Source of the DNA: Conidiobolus incongruus B7586
Lineage: Eukaryota
NCBI GenBank assembly: GCA_000697335.1
Contig: JNEM01012913.1
Coordinates: forward strand, 1 to 35,556
Length of the DNA stretch: 35,556 nt
Reading direction: 5' to 3'
Positions 1-13,168 of the stretch are shown here, in pieces. The position numbers were made by a program, and so were the translations under genes. Each line of letters starts with the position of its first letter. Position 1 is the stretch's first letter. Below the pieces are notes generated by a model. It had not been told where the DNA came from. It was given only the letters and a program-made list of their open reading frames with translations, and did no database searches.

Positions 1-1468
1 AATCATAAATTATTTAATAAATATAAAATATTATTTTTCATATAAATAAATATATTTAAAAAAAAACTAAAAATTTGATTTATAATAATATATAAAAAAT
101 ATATTTATTTTTTCTATTAAATCAAAGTATTAAATATTAAATTATTATTAATATGATTTTATTAATAATTTTACAAAAAATTTCCAAAAATAAATAATTA
201 ATAATAAATAATTTTTATAATATATTTTATTTTAATATTAAGAAAAAAATGATTAAAATATCAATATTTTCAGAATTATACTCCTAATCTATCTAACCAC
301 CAATTAAGCTAGTTTTTTATTATTAATTTCAGAAATTTCGAGGTTATAAATGTTTTTATTAAAAGATACTATATAATAAAAACAACAAATGATTTAATTA
401 ATTAGAAATCCTTATTATATAAAAAATTTAAATTTAATAAATAAAAAAGCTTTTGTTTTGTTTATAATATATTTTAATTAATATAAATTTAAATTTATAT
501 TTTTATTATTTAAAAATAACTTCAATTGATTCAAATTCTAATATTAATTTTCATTATACCAAAACTTTTGGAATTGTAAATAATGGAAGTTAATAATATC
601 CAAAATTATTATTAAGGCTTATTTTTTTAATTTTTTATTTTTTATAAAGCTTGGAAAAAGAATCTCAAATTCCATAAATTATAGATAGGTTTAATTTAGA
701 TATTAATATATTTAGTAAAATAATATTTAATTAATTTTAAAAGTTATCAACTATTGAATACATAATTTCAATATAATTATATAAAATATATACCAATTTA
801 AATCATAAAAATAATATAATTAACCTAAATTTTAATATTTTAACAACTGTTATAAAAAATATATTAATATACTCTAATTCTCAAATACATGAATTCAATA
901 TTTTTAAAAAAATTCTGAAAACAAGTATTTTAATAAAAATATTGTATTTTTATCAATAGCTAATATATGGAATTAGGAATTTATACAAATATTTCATTTT
1001 AAGAAAATCACATCCAATGCCACAAATATTAAGCAAATTTTGTTTTTATATCACAAAACTTTTAATGGAAAATGTTATTCCCTAATTTATTCTATTATAA
1101 TGCTTCTAGTTTTCGACATGAATTAATATATTGAAAATTGTTAATTTTAGCAAGGTTATATTAAAAATCATTATAAAATCTCAATAATCAATATTAATAT
1201 TAAACTAAAAATTTGTTCAACTAAATTAGAATAGTATCTTATCAAACATTTATTATAAATATGACATCATATACGAAATCCAATTTTTTTAATCCTCAAA
1301 ACCAGGTTCACAAACATTTAGTCAATTACCAAGTATGAGGTCATAATTCAAAACTTGATGCAAGTATCACACTAATTTGCTTACATGTGGTGTACTAAAA
1401 TTGTATATAAAGGTCCAAATTCTTCAATAATAATTTATAACATCTATTAATTGTATTAATCTATAATC

Positions 1469-1765
1469 ATGTCTGAACCAAGTAAAACTAACGCCAACTA
1501 TAACAAAGCTATGGGATCTGTTAAGGAAACCGTAGGTCAAGCTATTGGTAATCACGAAATGCAAGCTAAAGGAAATGTCCAGAACAAGGAAGGACATGCC
1601 GAACAAAAAGCTGCTGAAACCAAGGGATGGGTCGAAGGTGCTTACGACTCTGTAGCTGGTGCTGTCAAGAATACTGTTGGATCACTCACTGGAAACACCT
1701 CTCAGCAAGCTGAGGGCAAGGCCCAGCAATTAAAAGGTGATGCTCAAAAAGCTGCCAATTCTTAA
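1469..1765 (+). CDS. CsbD-like / Hmp1-family small hydrophilic stress protein, copy 1 (98 aa, two internal repeats)
   Basis: Intronless ORF with two G-x-V-K-x-x-x-G-x-x-x-G-N-x-x-x-Q-A-x-G units. Paralogs at 2397, 4043, 5290 and 27186. TATATAAA at 1404-1411. Confidence 0.9.
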   Translation: MSEPSKTNANYNKAMGSVKETVGQAIGNHEMQAKGNVQNKEGHAEQKAAETKGWVEGAYDSVAGAVKNTVGSLTGNTSQQAEGKAQQLKGDAQKAANS

Positions 1766-2396
1766 GTTTATGTAATTTTATTCTAGTTAATAAACTCATA
1801 ATATTATTTTAAATATTTTTATTTTTAAATAGTTAATTCTGTTTGATATAAATGAATCAATTTATTAATATCTAAAACAACTAAAATGATGTTGAAATCT
1901 GTAAAGGATATACTAACTACAAACAAAACCACTCTCGAAAATAAAGAATTATCCTATTTTTGAAATTTGATTCAAATAAAATTATAATCATTCTAATTAA
2001 ATAAATTGATACTTTAATCATCTCATCATCATTAGTATTGTTTGATTGTTTTTAATTTTTTTCAATTCATTTAATTTTTATTGTGACTTTTATTTTGATT
2101 TACCAAAATTAGAATATTCCATTTTCCAATAGTACTCATTAATCTAAATTTGTATTAAATTTAATAAAAGATATTACATCATTTTATGTTATTAAATAAC
2201 TTATATTGCATTTTTCCTCCAAATTTATTCGTTTAATACTTCCTATTCACAAGCTGTGATGTCATCATCTTTGTAAAATAGTAGGAGCTCTAATTTAGTT
2301 TTACAGGCGGCGATTCATTTAGTATAAATTTCTCAAATAACCTTATACTTACCAAAAGCATTTCATTTTAATTTATAAATTCAATTAATCAACAAT

Positions 2397-2693
2397 ATGT
2401 CTGAACCAAGTAAAGTCAACGCAAACTATAACAAAGCTATGGGATCTATTAAAGAAACTGTAGGAAGTGTTATTGGAAACACCAATTTAGAAGCTAGAGG
2501 TCATATTCAAAACAAAGAAGGGCATACCGAGCAAAAGGCTGCTGAAACTAAAGGGCGAGTCGAAGGAGCCGTTGATTCTGTAGCTGGCACTGTCAAGAAC
2601 ACTCTTGGATCTCTTACTGGAAACACCTCCCTGCAAGATGAGGGAAAGGCCCAACAATTGAAAGGTGATGCTCAAAAAGCTACGAACTCTTAA
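2397..2693 (+). CDS. CsbD-like / Hmp1-family protein, copy 2 (98 aa; Trp54 replaced by Arg)
   Basis: Colinear paralog of copy 1 with CGA at 2556-2558 where copies 1, 3 and 5 have TGG. Confidence 0.88.
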   Translation: MSEPSKVNANYNKAMGSIKETVGSVIGNTNLEARGHIQNKEGHTEQKAAETKGRVEGAVDSVAGTVKNTLGSLTGNTSLQDEGKAQQLKGDAQKATNS

Positions 2694-4042
2694 GTATCTG
2701 AAATTTTCTTCAATATAACAATATTTATAAGAATCAATAAATTTTATTATAATAATTTTATATAACTATAAATCACGATGATAAATATTAAATATAAAGT
2801 TGGTATTATTTGATTAGAATAAAATTTGTGTATTAACTATAAATATAATATTATGTATAATTAGGTTTATGATTTAATTACTCAGAACTCATTTTTAATA
2901 TAATAATTTATAAACAAAAGAATCTTCAAAATATAGTCTGTATTACAATAAGAAAACAAAATATATTATATATTAATCTATTTATACCTATATTAATATA
3001 GAAAGTTTATAAAATTCTTATTATTACCTATTTTCAATTAATTGTTTATTTGAACTGAGTTTAAATTTTTTATTAAATTTTAAAACTACCTTTAATAACA
3101 TTGATATTTTGATATTTTGAAATATTTCACTTATTATTTTACTAATTTATGTTACCTAAAAAAATATTATTAAAATATAATGTTATTAATATTCAATTTT
3201 AATACCACCATTTTTCAAAGTTTGATCTCGAAAATATTCCAACATCGAAAATACAATCATTGGCTAAACAAATTACAAATCTCATAATTCACAAATCTAA
3301 AATGGCATTGAACATTATTAATCAAAAGTCACCACAAAAATTCCCAAAATCTTAGCTGCATGAATCATTTTAATTAATGCAAACTTCTTAATCTCAGAAT
3401 ATTGTTAAATATTCGATTTCGAAAGGTAGGTGAGATCTTAAAATAACTTATTAATTTTAATAGACCTATATTGATTAAAAAAATTATTTTAAGTTTAATT
3501 GAATCTTGGAAATTATTAAATAGATATTAATGCTTTATATTCTTTTGTATATGAGAGTTAACCATGTTTCATTAAATTATCAAATCTTTAATTTAAAAAA
3601 TGTCAAGTTAAACTCTTTTAATACTATTCAAATTCTTTAATATATTCAATAAAAAACTGTAATTAATGTTATGTTTTATAAAATCTATTCGAAATTATCA
3701 ATATTTATATATTTGACGTATAATACAGTTTGAACATTTGAATTTTAGTTCAAAATCATTTCAAAGTATTCGAAATCGAATGAATTACGAAATAATTTCA
3801 TCATTAAATTTGAAGGTCTGCAAGTATTTTGCATTAAGTTGAATCCATGTTCCAAGAAAGACAAAAAGATATGACGACGAATGAGGTCATCAATTATTTC
3901 AATAAATGCAGGGATCTCTAAATTAAGATTACATCTGGTAAATTTTTCGTATATAAAGGTCAGGCTCCTGCCCTGTTAACAATATCACAATTCAATTGAA
4001 CATTAATAAGTAAAATAAATCTAATCAATCCAAATTATAAAA

Positions 4043-4339
4043 ATGTCTGAACCTAGCAAAGCCAATGCCAACTACAACCAAGCTATGGGATCTGTCAAGG
4101 AAACTATAGGAAGTGCTATTGGAAATACCAATATGGAAGCTAAAGGAAATGTTCAAAATAAAGAGGGACAAGCCGAACAAAAAGCTGCTGAAACCAAAGG
4201 ATGGGTCGAAGGAGCCGTTGATTCTGTTACCGGAGCTGTTAAGAACACTATTGGATCCCTCACTGGAGACACTTCACAGCAAGCTGAGGGCAAGGCCCAA
4301 CAATTGAAAGGTGATGCTCAAAAAGCTGCCAACTCTTAA
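4043..4339 (+). CDS. CsbD-like / Hmp1-family protein, copy 3 (98 aa)
   Basis: Colinear paralog. TATATAAA at 3950-3957. Confidence 0.9.
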   Translation: MSEPSKANANYNQAMGSVKETIGSAIGNTNMEAKGNVQNKEGQAEQKAAETKGWVEGAVDSVTGAVKNTIGSLTGDTSQQAEGKAQQLKGDAQKAANS

Positions 4340-5033
4340 GGTCTTGTAATATTACTACATGAAATAAATCATTACCAATTTTGAATACAAGTTGTTGAAC
4401 AGATATATTGAAAGTTTGTGAGGGGTTCGAGAATTTGGTACAATTTTTTAATATATTTAAATGATTATGATTTAATAATTTAAATATATTATTAAGTTGC
4501 ATGCAATTATCGAATCACCTTGCATCAAACTTTTCAATCAATTAATTATAGACCAAAAAATTTTTAATATGATAATAGTTTTGAAATTTAATGAATATAA
4601 ATCTTAGAATATAAACCAAAATCGATATTTCTATTATCTAAATAATGTTACTTATCTCTCACAACTTAGCATAGTATGAAAAAAAATATACTTACATAAA
4701 AGATAAGATGATTAAAATATATTTTTTCAAAATTATTGAAAATGAATAATATTTACCAATTATCAAAATTCATTATTGAAAATAATATTTTTGTTGATAA
4801 TGATAAATTGTATGCCAATACTTTATGGAATAGGTTCGATTCATCATTGATCAATAGATACAAGTTAAATATTTATCAATCCACTATTTTGTAAACATTA
4901 TTAACTCACGTTTGTTGATGTTAAAATCGAAACCATTCGATAAATTATCTCTATTATCTATCCATCTTTACCATCTATATTTAGTTAGTTTTAATTAATA
5001 TAACTTAGTCATATCTTAACCAATGATTCTAAA

Positions 5034-5242
5034 ATGACGTAAGAGTTCAAGCTCCTAAACACTTGTCAATTAGTAGTTGAGATCAATTTACTAAAATACT
5101 TTCAAGGTTAAAGTAAAGAAATGACGTCAATATTTATCTTTGAAACAATCTTAACCAATTCGATTAATATTCAAAATTGAAGCGAATAATATGAAATTAA
5201 TACAATATAAATTAAATTTTTAAAAATGTGATATGACTTCAT
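5034..5242. promoter_or_regulatory. Three CRE-like sites upstream of CsbD copy 4
   Basis: ATGACGTAA 5034-5042, ATGACGTCAA 5121-5130 and ATGACTTCAT 5233-5242. Confidence 0.6.
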
Positions 5243-5289
5243 CAAAAAAATTATAATCAACAAACAAAAAGTTAAAATAATCATCGAAA

Positions 5290-5589
5290 ATGTCTGCTGA
5301 ACCTAGTAAATTCAACGTCCAAGTCAATCAAACTTTGGGATCTGCCCAAAAATCTTTAGGGGAAGCTATTGGAAATCATGAAATGCAAGCGAAGGGAGAA
5401 GTACGTCACGCTAAAGGCGAAGCTGAGCAGAAGGCCGCCGAAATCAAGGGTTAGATTGACGGCGCAGTCGACTCAGTCACTGGAACTGTCAAGAATGCTT
5501 TTGGTGCTCTCACTGGCGATAATTCTCTCCAGGTTGAAGGTAAAGTTCAACAGCTCAAGGGAGATGCTCAAAAGGCTGCTAACGCTTAA
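5290..5589 (+). pseudogene. CsbD-like copy 4 with one in-frame TAG (5452-5454); pseudogene, truncated gene or recoded gene
   Basis: Manual translation: MSAEPSKFNVQVNQTLGSAQKSLGEAIGNHEMQAKGEVRHAKGEAEQKAAEIKG*IDGAVDSVTGTVKNAFGALTGDNSLQVEGKVQQLKGDAQKAANA*. No frameshift. Confidence 0.88.
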
Positions 5590-6542
5590 CTCGAATATTC
5601 AGAGAGTTGTATGAATAAATGTAGTAGTATTGATATGTTATAAAGATAAAAGAGGGTAATGTATTTTGAAGTTTAACTTTTCTTTAGATATTGTTAATTA
5701 ATATATTCTATTTAGATGTATGGAAAAGGTAATTCACTCAACAAATTATTTTATTCTTTTACTTTTCATTATACTATCTTCTAATATCAACATGCATCAA
5801 TTTTATATGTCTATTCTTATAAATATCATTAAAATTACTATTACCAATCATAATTGTTAGATATTGTCAATAATAGAAATCAATTCACTACATAAAATAA
5901 CTCGAAAAAGATTAAAAATTTATCAAACATATATACATCAAAATATAATACAATAGCTGATTTAGTTTAATATCAATTTTCAAATATCATATTTTTAATT
6001 CAATTTCTGATTATAATTCAATCAAATATAATTTATGTAATTAATTTTAAATTATATTAATTATTAAAATATTCTATTATTTATTTCTAAAAATATAAAT
6101 TCTTTATTTTATAATTACTTTAAAAAATATCAATAAATTGATTTTAAATAATTTTTATTGATTAATAATTTTAAAATTATTTAAATTAATATGATGAAAA
6201 TAGTCAAATCACCAAATCCGTATTATATGTTTAAATATTAATATAAAAAATTTAATTTAATTTAATATAGTTTATTTTCTATTTTTGAAAATTGAGCATT
6301 GAATAGAATTTTTAATTTTAAATTAAATGATTGAGTGAAATTGATTGAAATTTATGGTTGGATAAATCAAATAATCCCATAATTTCAAAAATATTAATAT
6401 ACACCTTAAATTTTAATTTATTTCACTGATTCAAAATATCAAATCAATATTAAATAAAATGATAAATATTAATAGATCAATACAATAATCAATAAAATAC
6501 TCAGTTTATACACATTACTCAATAAAAAGCCTTCCTTATTAG

Positions 6543-8594
6543 GGTTACGTAGCTGTAATTGGTTTGTAAATTCATGCTCAATTAAATTCGAAATTGAAAT
6601 TATTCTCAATTATATATAAACTAATAATTGAAAATATATAATTTAATATCCATTGCTTAGATGGCAATATCCATACATTACAATCCTAAACCCAATGAAT
6701 ATTGTACACAATTTGATTTGGAATATTCAGGATATTTACCAATAATAATTTTATTAAAATTCCTAAATTTTTTATATCAAATTAAATAAAAAAAAAATTT
6801 TTTTAGACATTAAAGAATGTTGTATAATTCAAGTTATAAAATTAATTAGCAGTTTAAATAGTGAAATTCAAAAAATTTCAAAATTTGACAGGAATCATTA
6901 CTTCTATCCGGATTTGAGTCAGGGTTATCAAATTACTCAGAATTATTGTAATAAACATATTTTTTTGACTTTTATTAATTATTGGATTAATATATGAGGT
7001 TTAGATCCCATAGCGAAGGGAAGATAAGTTAAATTGCTTAGATGGTTTGGATAGGGAAAAAGTTAAAATTAATATTGATCAGATTCAATTGGAACAAGTA
7101 ATTAATCACATATACATAAATTGAACTAATGTTAAATTATGTTTACTTTAGAATACTGACAATTGTAACCACCTGTATTCGAGACAAGAAACTTTAATTA
7201 ACTACAATGGAATGGGATCACCGCTTGTTGAAATTGTCACAATGTCAGGTACCGAGTAATTAGTTGTTTAGTTCAAATTATATTGGTCATTAATGATAGA
7301 TAATTTAGATCTCCTATACAAGTTGGTCAATTCGTAACTAAAATGACAGTACTTTTAAGTTTAAATATTTCTAATGACAATATGAAAGAAGTAAATTACA
7401 TAAAAATCAATATAATTCATTACTAAACAGTAAACAGGGATCTTTAAGATGTGATGTAAACGTTTCAACCCACAAACCTGGAGAACCCTTCGGAAATCGT
7501 GTAGAGTTGAAGAATTTGGTTAGCATTAGAATTTTAACTCAAGCTATTGGTAATCATTAATTAAATCATTAATTTTAGTTGAATTGATCAAATTTATCAG
7601 AATCCGAAATTTTGAGACCAGTCCAATTGAAAAAATAGGGTAAACCCATTAATATGGAGACTAGAGGTTTCAACTCCCAAACTAAAACTACTAGCCTATT
7701 AAGAAGTAAAGATAGTGCTCCGGATCATCATTACTTAGCTGAAGCTGATTTACCGGCCGTAAAGCTGAATTCTGTGAGTTTTATTAATTTATAAGATATA
7801 ATGTTATTAAACTCTTATAATTTATAGAAACAAATCCAAAAAAATCCATTCACAGTTACTCCTTTCACCCGATGACATTAAAATTCGACTAATTAACCAA
7901 TACAAACTAAGTCCTATGGATTGCCATACTCTACACTTAGAAGAAGGTTTACTACATTGGTTTGAAACGCTTATCCAAGAGAAAACCTCTAGAAATGTTG
8001 GCAATATATCCGGATGGTAAATTTTACTAATAACAGTATAAAATGTTTATTTACACATTGTAATAGGCTTGATTCAAAATTAACAGGAACGCTAAATCAA
8101 GGAAATTATCAATTAAAAGAAAATCGAGTTACTTTAAAACAATTTTCGGAACTGATCAATTTAGTTTAGGCTAACATCATTGCAAGTAACCCACCAAAAA
8201 TTTCTTTTGGAGTATAATCACTAATATATATTAATATTTTAGAATTTAAAGCTACATTAGTTTTAATTCAAATTATAAAAACACGATATACAAGGCCAAT
8301 AAAAGGAATTTTAAATTTGAAGGACAGTGAGCTAAGAATCACTCAACCCTTTTTTAATCTGGATCTGAGTCACCTGTTCCAAAAATTGATAGACGAATAC
8401 CCATAACAGATAATTCAACATCATACAATCAAATAATCATGATTAATTTATTATGTTAAGTTAAAACTATTAGAGATAGTAACTTTGGCAAATTGAACTA
8501 GCTGCTGGAATAGCTTATGAAGAGTAATAGGGATCGCAAACTCAATCCCAAAGTTGTTAAAGATAAATTGTTTGATTTTATTAATATGAATTAA
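6543..8594 (+). pseudogene. PET112: Decayed multi-exon Glu-tRNA(Gln) amidotransferase subunit B (GatB/PET112)
   Basis: GatB motifs in order across introns: VIGL*IHAQL (TAA 6567-6569), [62 protein letters not shown] and NPKVV. Another TAG at 7636-7638 and apparently lost splice donors. The start may be the ATG at 6459. Confidence 0.88.
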
Positions 8595-8939
8595 TTATGA
8601 ATAAAAAATTAATTAATTTAATAAAATAAAATGGTATTTTTATAAGAGTTGGTTTATTTTTACAGCTGAATTATGAGTTTAATATGTTGATATAAAATTA
8701 TAAATGAATGTTGGTGAAAAATGAATTGAATATTGTAATATAGATAATTTTAAAATTAATTTTAAGGAATCAATTATAACAATTTTTGAATATACCATAA
8801 TAATATTATTTGTATACCTAACTTCATTGAAATTTCAAGTAAACTAAGGTGACTCAAAATATAGTTTATTATAACATAAAAATTCAATATATATATATAT
8901 ATATACTAAATTCCCAAAAATAAAAAACAGTCTATTATA

Positions 8940-9275
8940 CTATTCACAAAATACTTGCTTCACCACATAAAAATCACCACACTTGGCATCTGAATAGACC
9001 ACCTTCAACTTCCCGTGGTCGCGTCGCGTTAACTCATTATGGTTCTCTTTAACGACGCGAGTTCCTTCTGGCAAATGCTCCTGAAACACAAGTCCTTGGG
9101 ATTTTGTCATAAAAGTCTTGTACTTGGGATCGTAAGCTCCATTCAATAGAAAATCATAATCTTTTTCTTGGCAGGGTTTATTCAAATTAGTGTGATGAAT
9201 AGGAGATGGTGTTGAAATTATTATAATATTATTTAATAAAAATATTAAAATTATTTTATTATTAATTGTCAACAT
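8940..9275 (-). CDS. Small secreted protein, divergent peptidase inhibitor I78 / potato-inhibitor-I-like paralog (111 aa)
   Basis: Hydrophobic N-terminus. C..Y.FL...Y, E..LP...RVV, L.V.Y and VV..V.C align with the neighbouring gene at 10057-10470. Confidence 0.7.
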   Translation of the reverse strand: MLTINNKIILIFLLNNIIIISTPSPIHHTNLNKPCQEKDYDFLLNGAYDPKYKTFMTKSQGLVFQEHLPEGTRVVKENHNELTRRDHGKLKVVYSDAKCGDFYVVKQVFCE

Positions 9276-10056
9276 TTTAATTTTATATTTCTGAAATAAA
9301 AAATTATATTTTTTAACAAATTTTCAATCCTTTTATATATTATTATCAAGTACAAATTATAGTAAGATTTTTGATTTTTACAATGACGTAAATTTTGTAA
9401 TACTGTAATCTAATTAGTAATCAATTTTATTTATTATGAATTTTATATAGTTAAGGTTAATTGATATTAGGATGTTTAATTTAGAAATGTTTTATTACTT
9501 TTTGTTGCAAATTTGTCAGTTAATAAATGGCATAAATTTCTACAAAATTCATAATTTTTTTTAATTCAAATATTTGATAATTTCAGTACATTCTTGTAAG
9601 TATTGATGGATTCATAGTTTTAATATATATTAGTATTATAAATATTCCTAAATATTATGAGGTCATTTTATCAATGTTTAATATTTGAAAATTTAAAAAT
9701 ATTATAATTGACCAATATTTAGAAATTTACTCAAATTTAATCAATTTCATTCATTTTATACAAAACATTATATCATTTATTAAACATTATAATTATTATC
9801 AATGTACATATATATTAAATATCTGGACTACCATCTTATATTAATTTGTTCAGTGTTTATAATAAAAATTTTGAATATTAATTGATGTAATCATTTCAGA
9901 ATAGTGAAATGCATTGACGATTCAGTGCAAATGTATTATTTTTATATAATTATCACAAGTTAATATTAAAATCTAACTAAAAATATAGCAAATATATCTA
10001 GAATATAAAATCATAAAGCACCAATTTAATTTATATTTATATCTAAGTATAATCAT

Positions 10057-10470
10057 CTAACCGCAGTAAACATCACAAACCACATTATATCTACCTTCCC
10101 TATGATATTTAACATTCAATCTAAACGGATTCAAATCCTTAGTAATGGGCTCATCATCCCTAATTACTCTATAAGGTCTCGGCAGCTCTTCCTCATACAG
10201 GATTACTCTGCGATTCTGGTAGAACAGTTGATCCCTTCTGGAATACTTCTTACCAATGAGGAATTTGTAGCGCTTATCATTACACATCCTACGTGGTTTG
10301 TTGTATCCTTCTCGGTAGCGGTCCCCTCTACTACCACTCAAACTTATGTCAAAATCAGGACTAATGTCCTCATCAAAGTCTTGACCACCAAACTGTCTAC
10401 GCTCAATCGTACTACAGTCAACGATCAGGGACAATGAAGTGATGATTAGTGTAGTAATAGCGAATTTCAT
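10057..10470 (-). CDS. Secreted peptidase inhibitor, I78 / potato-inhibitor-I-like (137 aa from MKFAITT)
   Basis: Signal peptide, pro-region with RR sites, then LPRPYRVI..DEPITKDLNPFRLNV...VCDVYCG, matching the RVI-T-x-D-RLNV-CG pattern. The ORF has an upstream in-frame ATG at 10512. Confidence 0.8.
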   Translation of the reverse strand: MKFAITTLIITSLSLIVDCSTIERRQFGGQDFDEDISPDFDISLSGSRGDRYREGYNKPRRMCNDKRYKFLIGKKYSRRDQLFYQNRRVILYEEELPRPYRVIRDDEPITKDLNPFRLNVKYHREGRYNVVCDVYCG

Positions 10471-11449
10471 ATTTTTAAATCGAACTTTCGCATTTTCTGA
10501 TAATCCTCTCATTTTTATATTAAAATTTATTTTGAATTAAAGTGTTTTAATTTGAATCAAAAATTTATTATTTACTATCAAATCCAATACTTTCAACTAT
10601 AAATTAATCATACTATCATAATATGATCTTAAGTGGTTTCAATTTGAAATTTGGAAAGTTCTCAGCCTTTTTCTTAGTAAAAATACTTGACTTCATTTTT
10701 AATACTGAATTTGAGTACTGTTCATAGTATTTGGATAATTCAATAAATTATATTGATTATATTTATATGTCAACAATTATAGACTATGATTAATTATTGG
10801 AATATTTCCTATGTTTTTAATATGATTATATTTCTATAATATTATAATATTTTGAAAAAAACAGCATCAAGAAATTTGAATTTAATTAAATCAATTTAGT
10901 GACTTTTTTTCTCAATTTTTATCATTATTTAAGGTACTCAATAAACTCATTTTATATTTGAAATTTTGAAATTTTATATAATTAAATGAGTAAATTATTA
11001 AATCTATCAAAATAAATTGAAAAAGGGGTGAATACTTTTTAATTTATAAAAAAAAGAGAATTTAGATGATGTGATTATAACCAATTAAATTAAATTAAAT
11101 TAATTTTATATATAACATATTTTTTGGAAAATATTTATATAAATATTATCATATAAATTTTAATGATGAAATTTTATTTAATTGGAATTCATATCAAAAT
11201 TAAAATTATCAATGATTAATAATTAAATAAAATTTAGTTGTAAATGTTTTCAGAATTTGAACTTGATTAAGGATTAAAATTAAACTAGTATTGTTATTAT
11301 TATGATTATTAGATAGGTTAAAACATAACAATATTTCAAATATTATATAATTCAATCTATATATATACAAAGATAAACTTCAATATCTTTTAAAATTGAT
11401 CAACTAACAAATTTGGAGAAAAAATACATAATCTACATAATTCCATTAA

Positions 11450-11458
11450 TCCCATAAT
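11450..11458 (+). promoter_or_regulatory. TCCCATAAT positioned promoter motif (also 6375, 18975, 21386-21394 on minus, 29959)
   Basis: Same 9-mer, in sense orientation, about 75-95 nt before five start codons. Confidence 0.7.
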
Positions 11459-11546
11459 TCCTATTTGACTGACATTTCCTTAATATTTATTTAACAATTC
11501 TCAGGATCTTATACAATTTATTTTTATCCTTAATTATAATAATAAA

Positions 11547-13168
11547 ATGACATTATCAGAATCTGAACTCCGAAAACAAATTTTATCAATTTATCAAGAT
11601 ACTACACTAAATCAAAATGAAAAAAATTTAAAAATACAAGTAATATATTTTATATATTTGTATTGAATATTTATTAATTATGATTAGAAATTGATGAATC
11701 AAATTAATAATAAGACTGAGGGAGAAGAAAATAAGACTATTGAAAATACTAAAGTTGATATTGAAATAGAATATCATGTAATATCTAATATTTTATTAAT
11801 TTTACAAAATATTAACTTAGTTTAGGATAAAAATAAAACGATACTGGGTTGTAAACATTATCAACGTCAGAATAAAATACTAAGTCCATGTTGTAATCAA
11901 TGGTATACTTGTAGATTGTGTCATAATGAGAAGAATAGTCACGAAATTGACAGGTAATAAATCTATTGGATATTAATAGTATTGTTTAGTAAATCGATAA
12001 TAGAACAAAAATTACGACAATGGCATGTATGAAATGCAAAACTATTCAAAATGCTGCCAAAACTTGTGGAAATTGTCAAGAATCGATGGCTAATTACTAT
12101 TGTGATATCTGTCACCTCTGGGACAGTTCTCCCGACAATCCCATTTACCACTGTAATGATTGTGGCATTTGTAGACGTGGCGAAGGACTCGACAAAGATA
12201 ATTTTCACTGCAAAACCTGCAATATTTGCATGAATATCACAATGAAGGACAATCATAAGTGTATCGAACGCAACTTGGAGTCGGACTGCCCTATCTGTGG
12301 CGAGTATTTGTTTACTTCTGTCAGTACAGTCATATTTATGGTAAGCTATTAACTCATTATTATAGAATGATATGTTAATATTAATTAGGAATGTGGCCAC
12401 AGTATCCACCAAGAATGCTACCACCAACTAATTCGAAACTCCTACAAATGTCCCATCTGTCTCAAATCCCTCGGGGATATGAGCCACTATTTCAGAGAAA
12501 TTGACAGACATTTAAGGAACCAGAAACTACCTCGTGAGTATAGAGGCTACCAATCTAAAATATTTTGTAATGACTGTCACACCAGATGCTTGACAAAGTT
12601 TCATTTTTTGTATCATAAGTGTACCAATTGTGGGTCTTATAATACCAATGTGCTGGAGACTGTGGTGAGGGAGCTGACGGAGGATGATGTGACGAGTGAG
12701 GACGATAATGACGATATTACAAGTGACGATTCCGAAGTTTCTGACAATTCCGAATCTGACGACTCCAACCCAGACAATGCCAACACCACAACAAATCAAC
12801 AAACTAACGAGTTAGCCAATAGCGGCAGTGCATTATTAAACTCGGTACAAGCTGAACACTACGTCGACAATCATTTTGATCTCAATTTCCAACCCTCGAC
12901 ATCCCAAATTAATCTTGTAGATATCATCAACTCGAGGGACGAAATTGCACTGCAGTCCCTCGCCCAACTCATCGAAAACAATCACCCCGATATCGATACG
13001 CGGGACGCCATGATGGCCCTCCGAAATATTTTGGAGGAGGATGGCGATGCTTTTTATTCTGCAAATAGTCAACTCTCAAGTGAAAGTGATCATTTGGAAT
13101 CCGATGGCACTCACTCTTCCAATGATGGGGGAAATGGTAATGAAAATGATGAAATTAATGAGCAATAA
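11547..13168 (+). CDS. RCHY1: CHY/CTCHY/RING zinc-finger E3 ligase (Pirh2/RCHY1-like), 475 aa, with acidic C-terminal tail
   Basis: Exons 11547-11639, 11688-11777, 11826-11953, 12004-12340 and 12389-13168 splice in frame with GT-AG. Motifs GCKHY..CC..CRLCH, YYCDICHLWD, CPICGEYLF, CGHSIH..C, CPIC and KC..CGSYNT. Confidence 0.93.

Noticed and set aside
2345..2353. ATACTTACC resembling the U1 snRNA 5' end
   Set aside because: No following U1 sequence or structure; lies in the CsbD copy 2 leader.
5369..5614. 81-aa ORF from the track
   Set aside because: Off-frame shadow of CsbD copy 4.
6543..8594. Alternative genetic code (TAA/TAG as sense) to explain GatB stops
   Set aside because: Intact genes end in TAA/TAG and have no internal stops, and GatB also has missense decay and broken splice sites.
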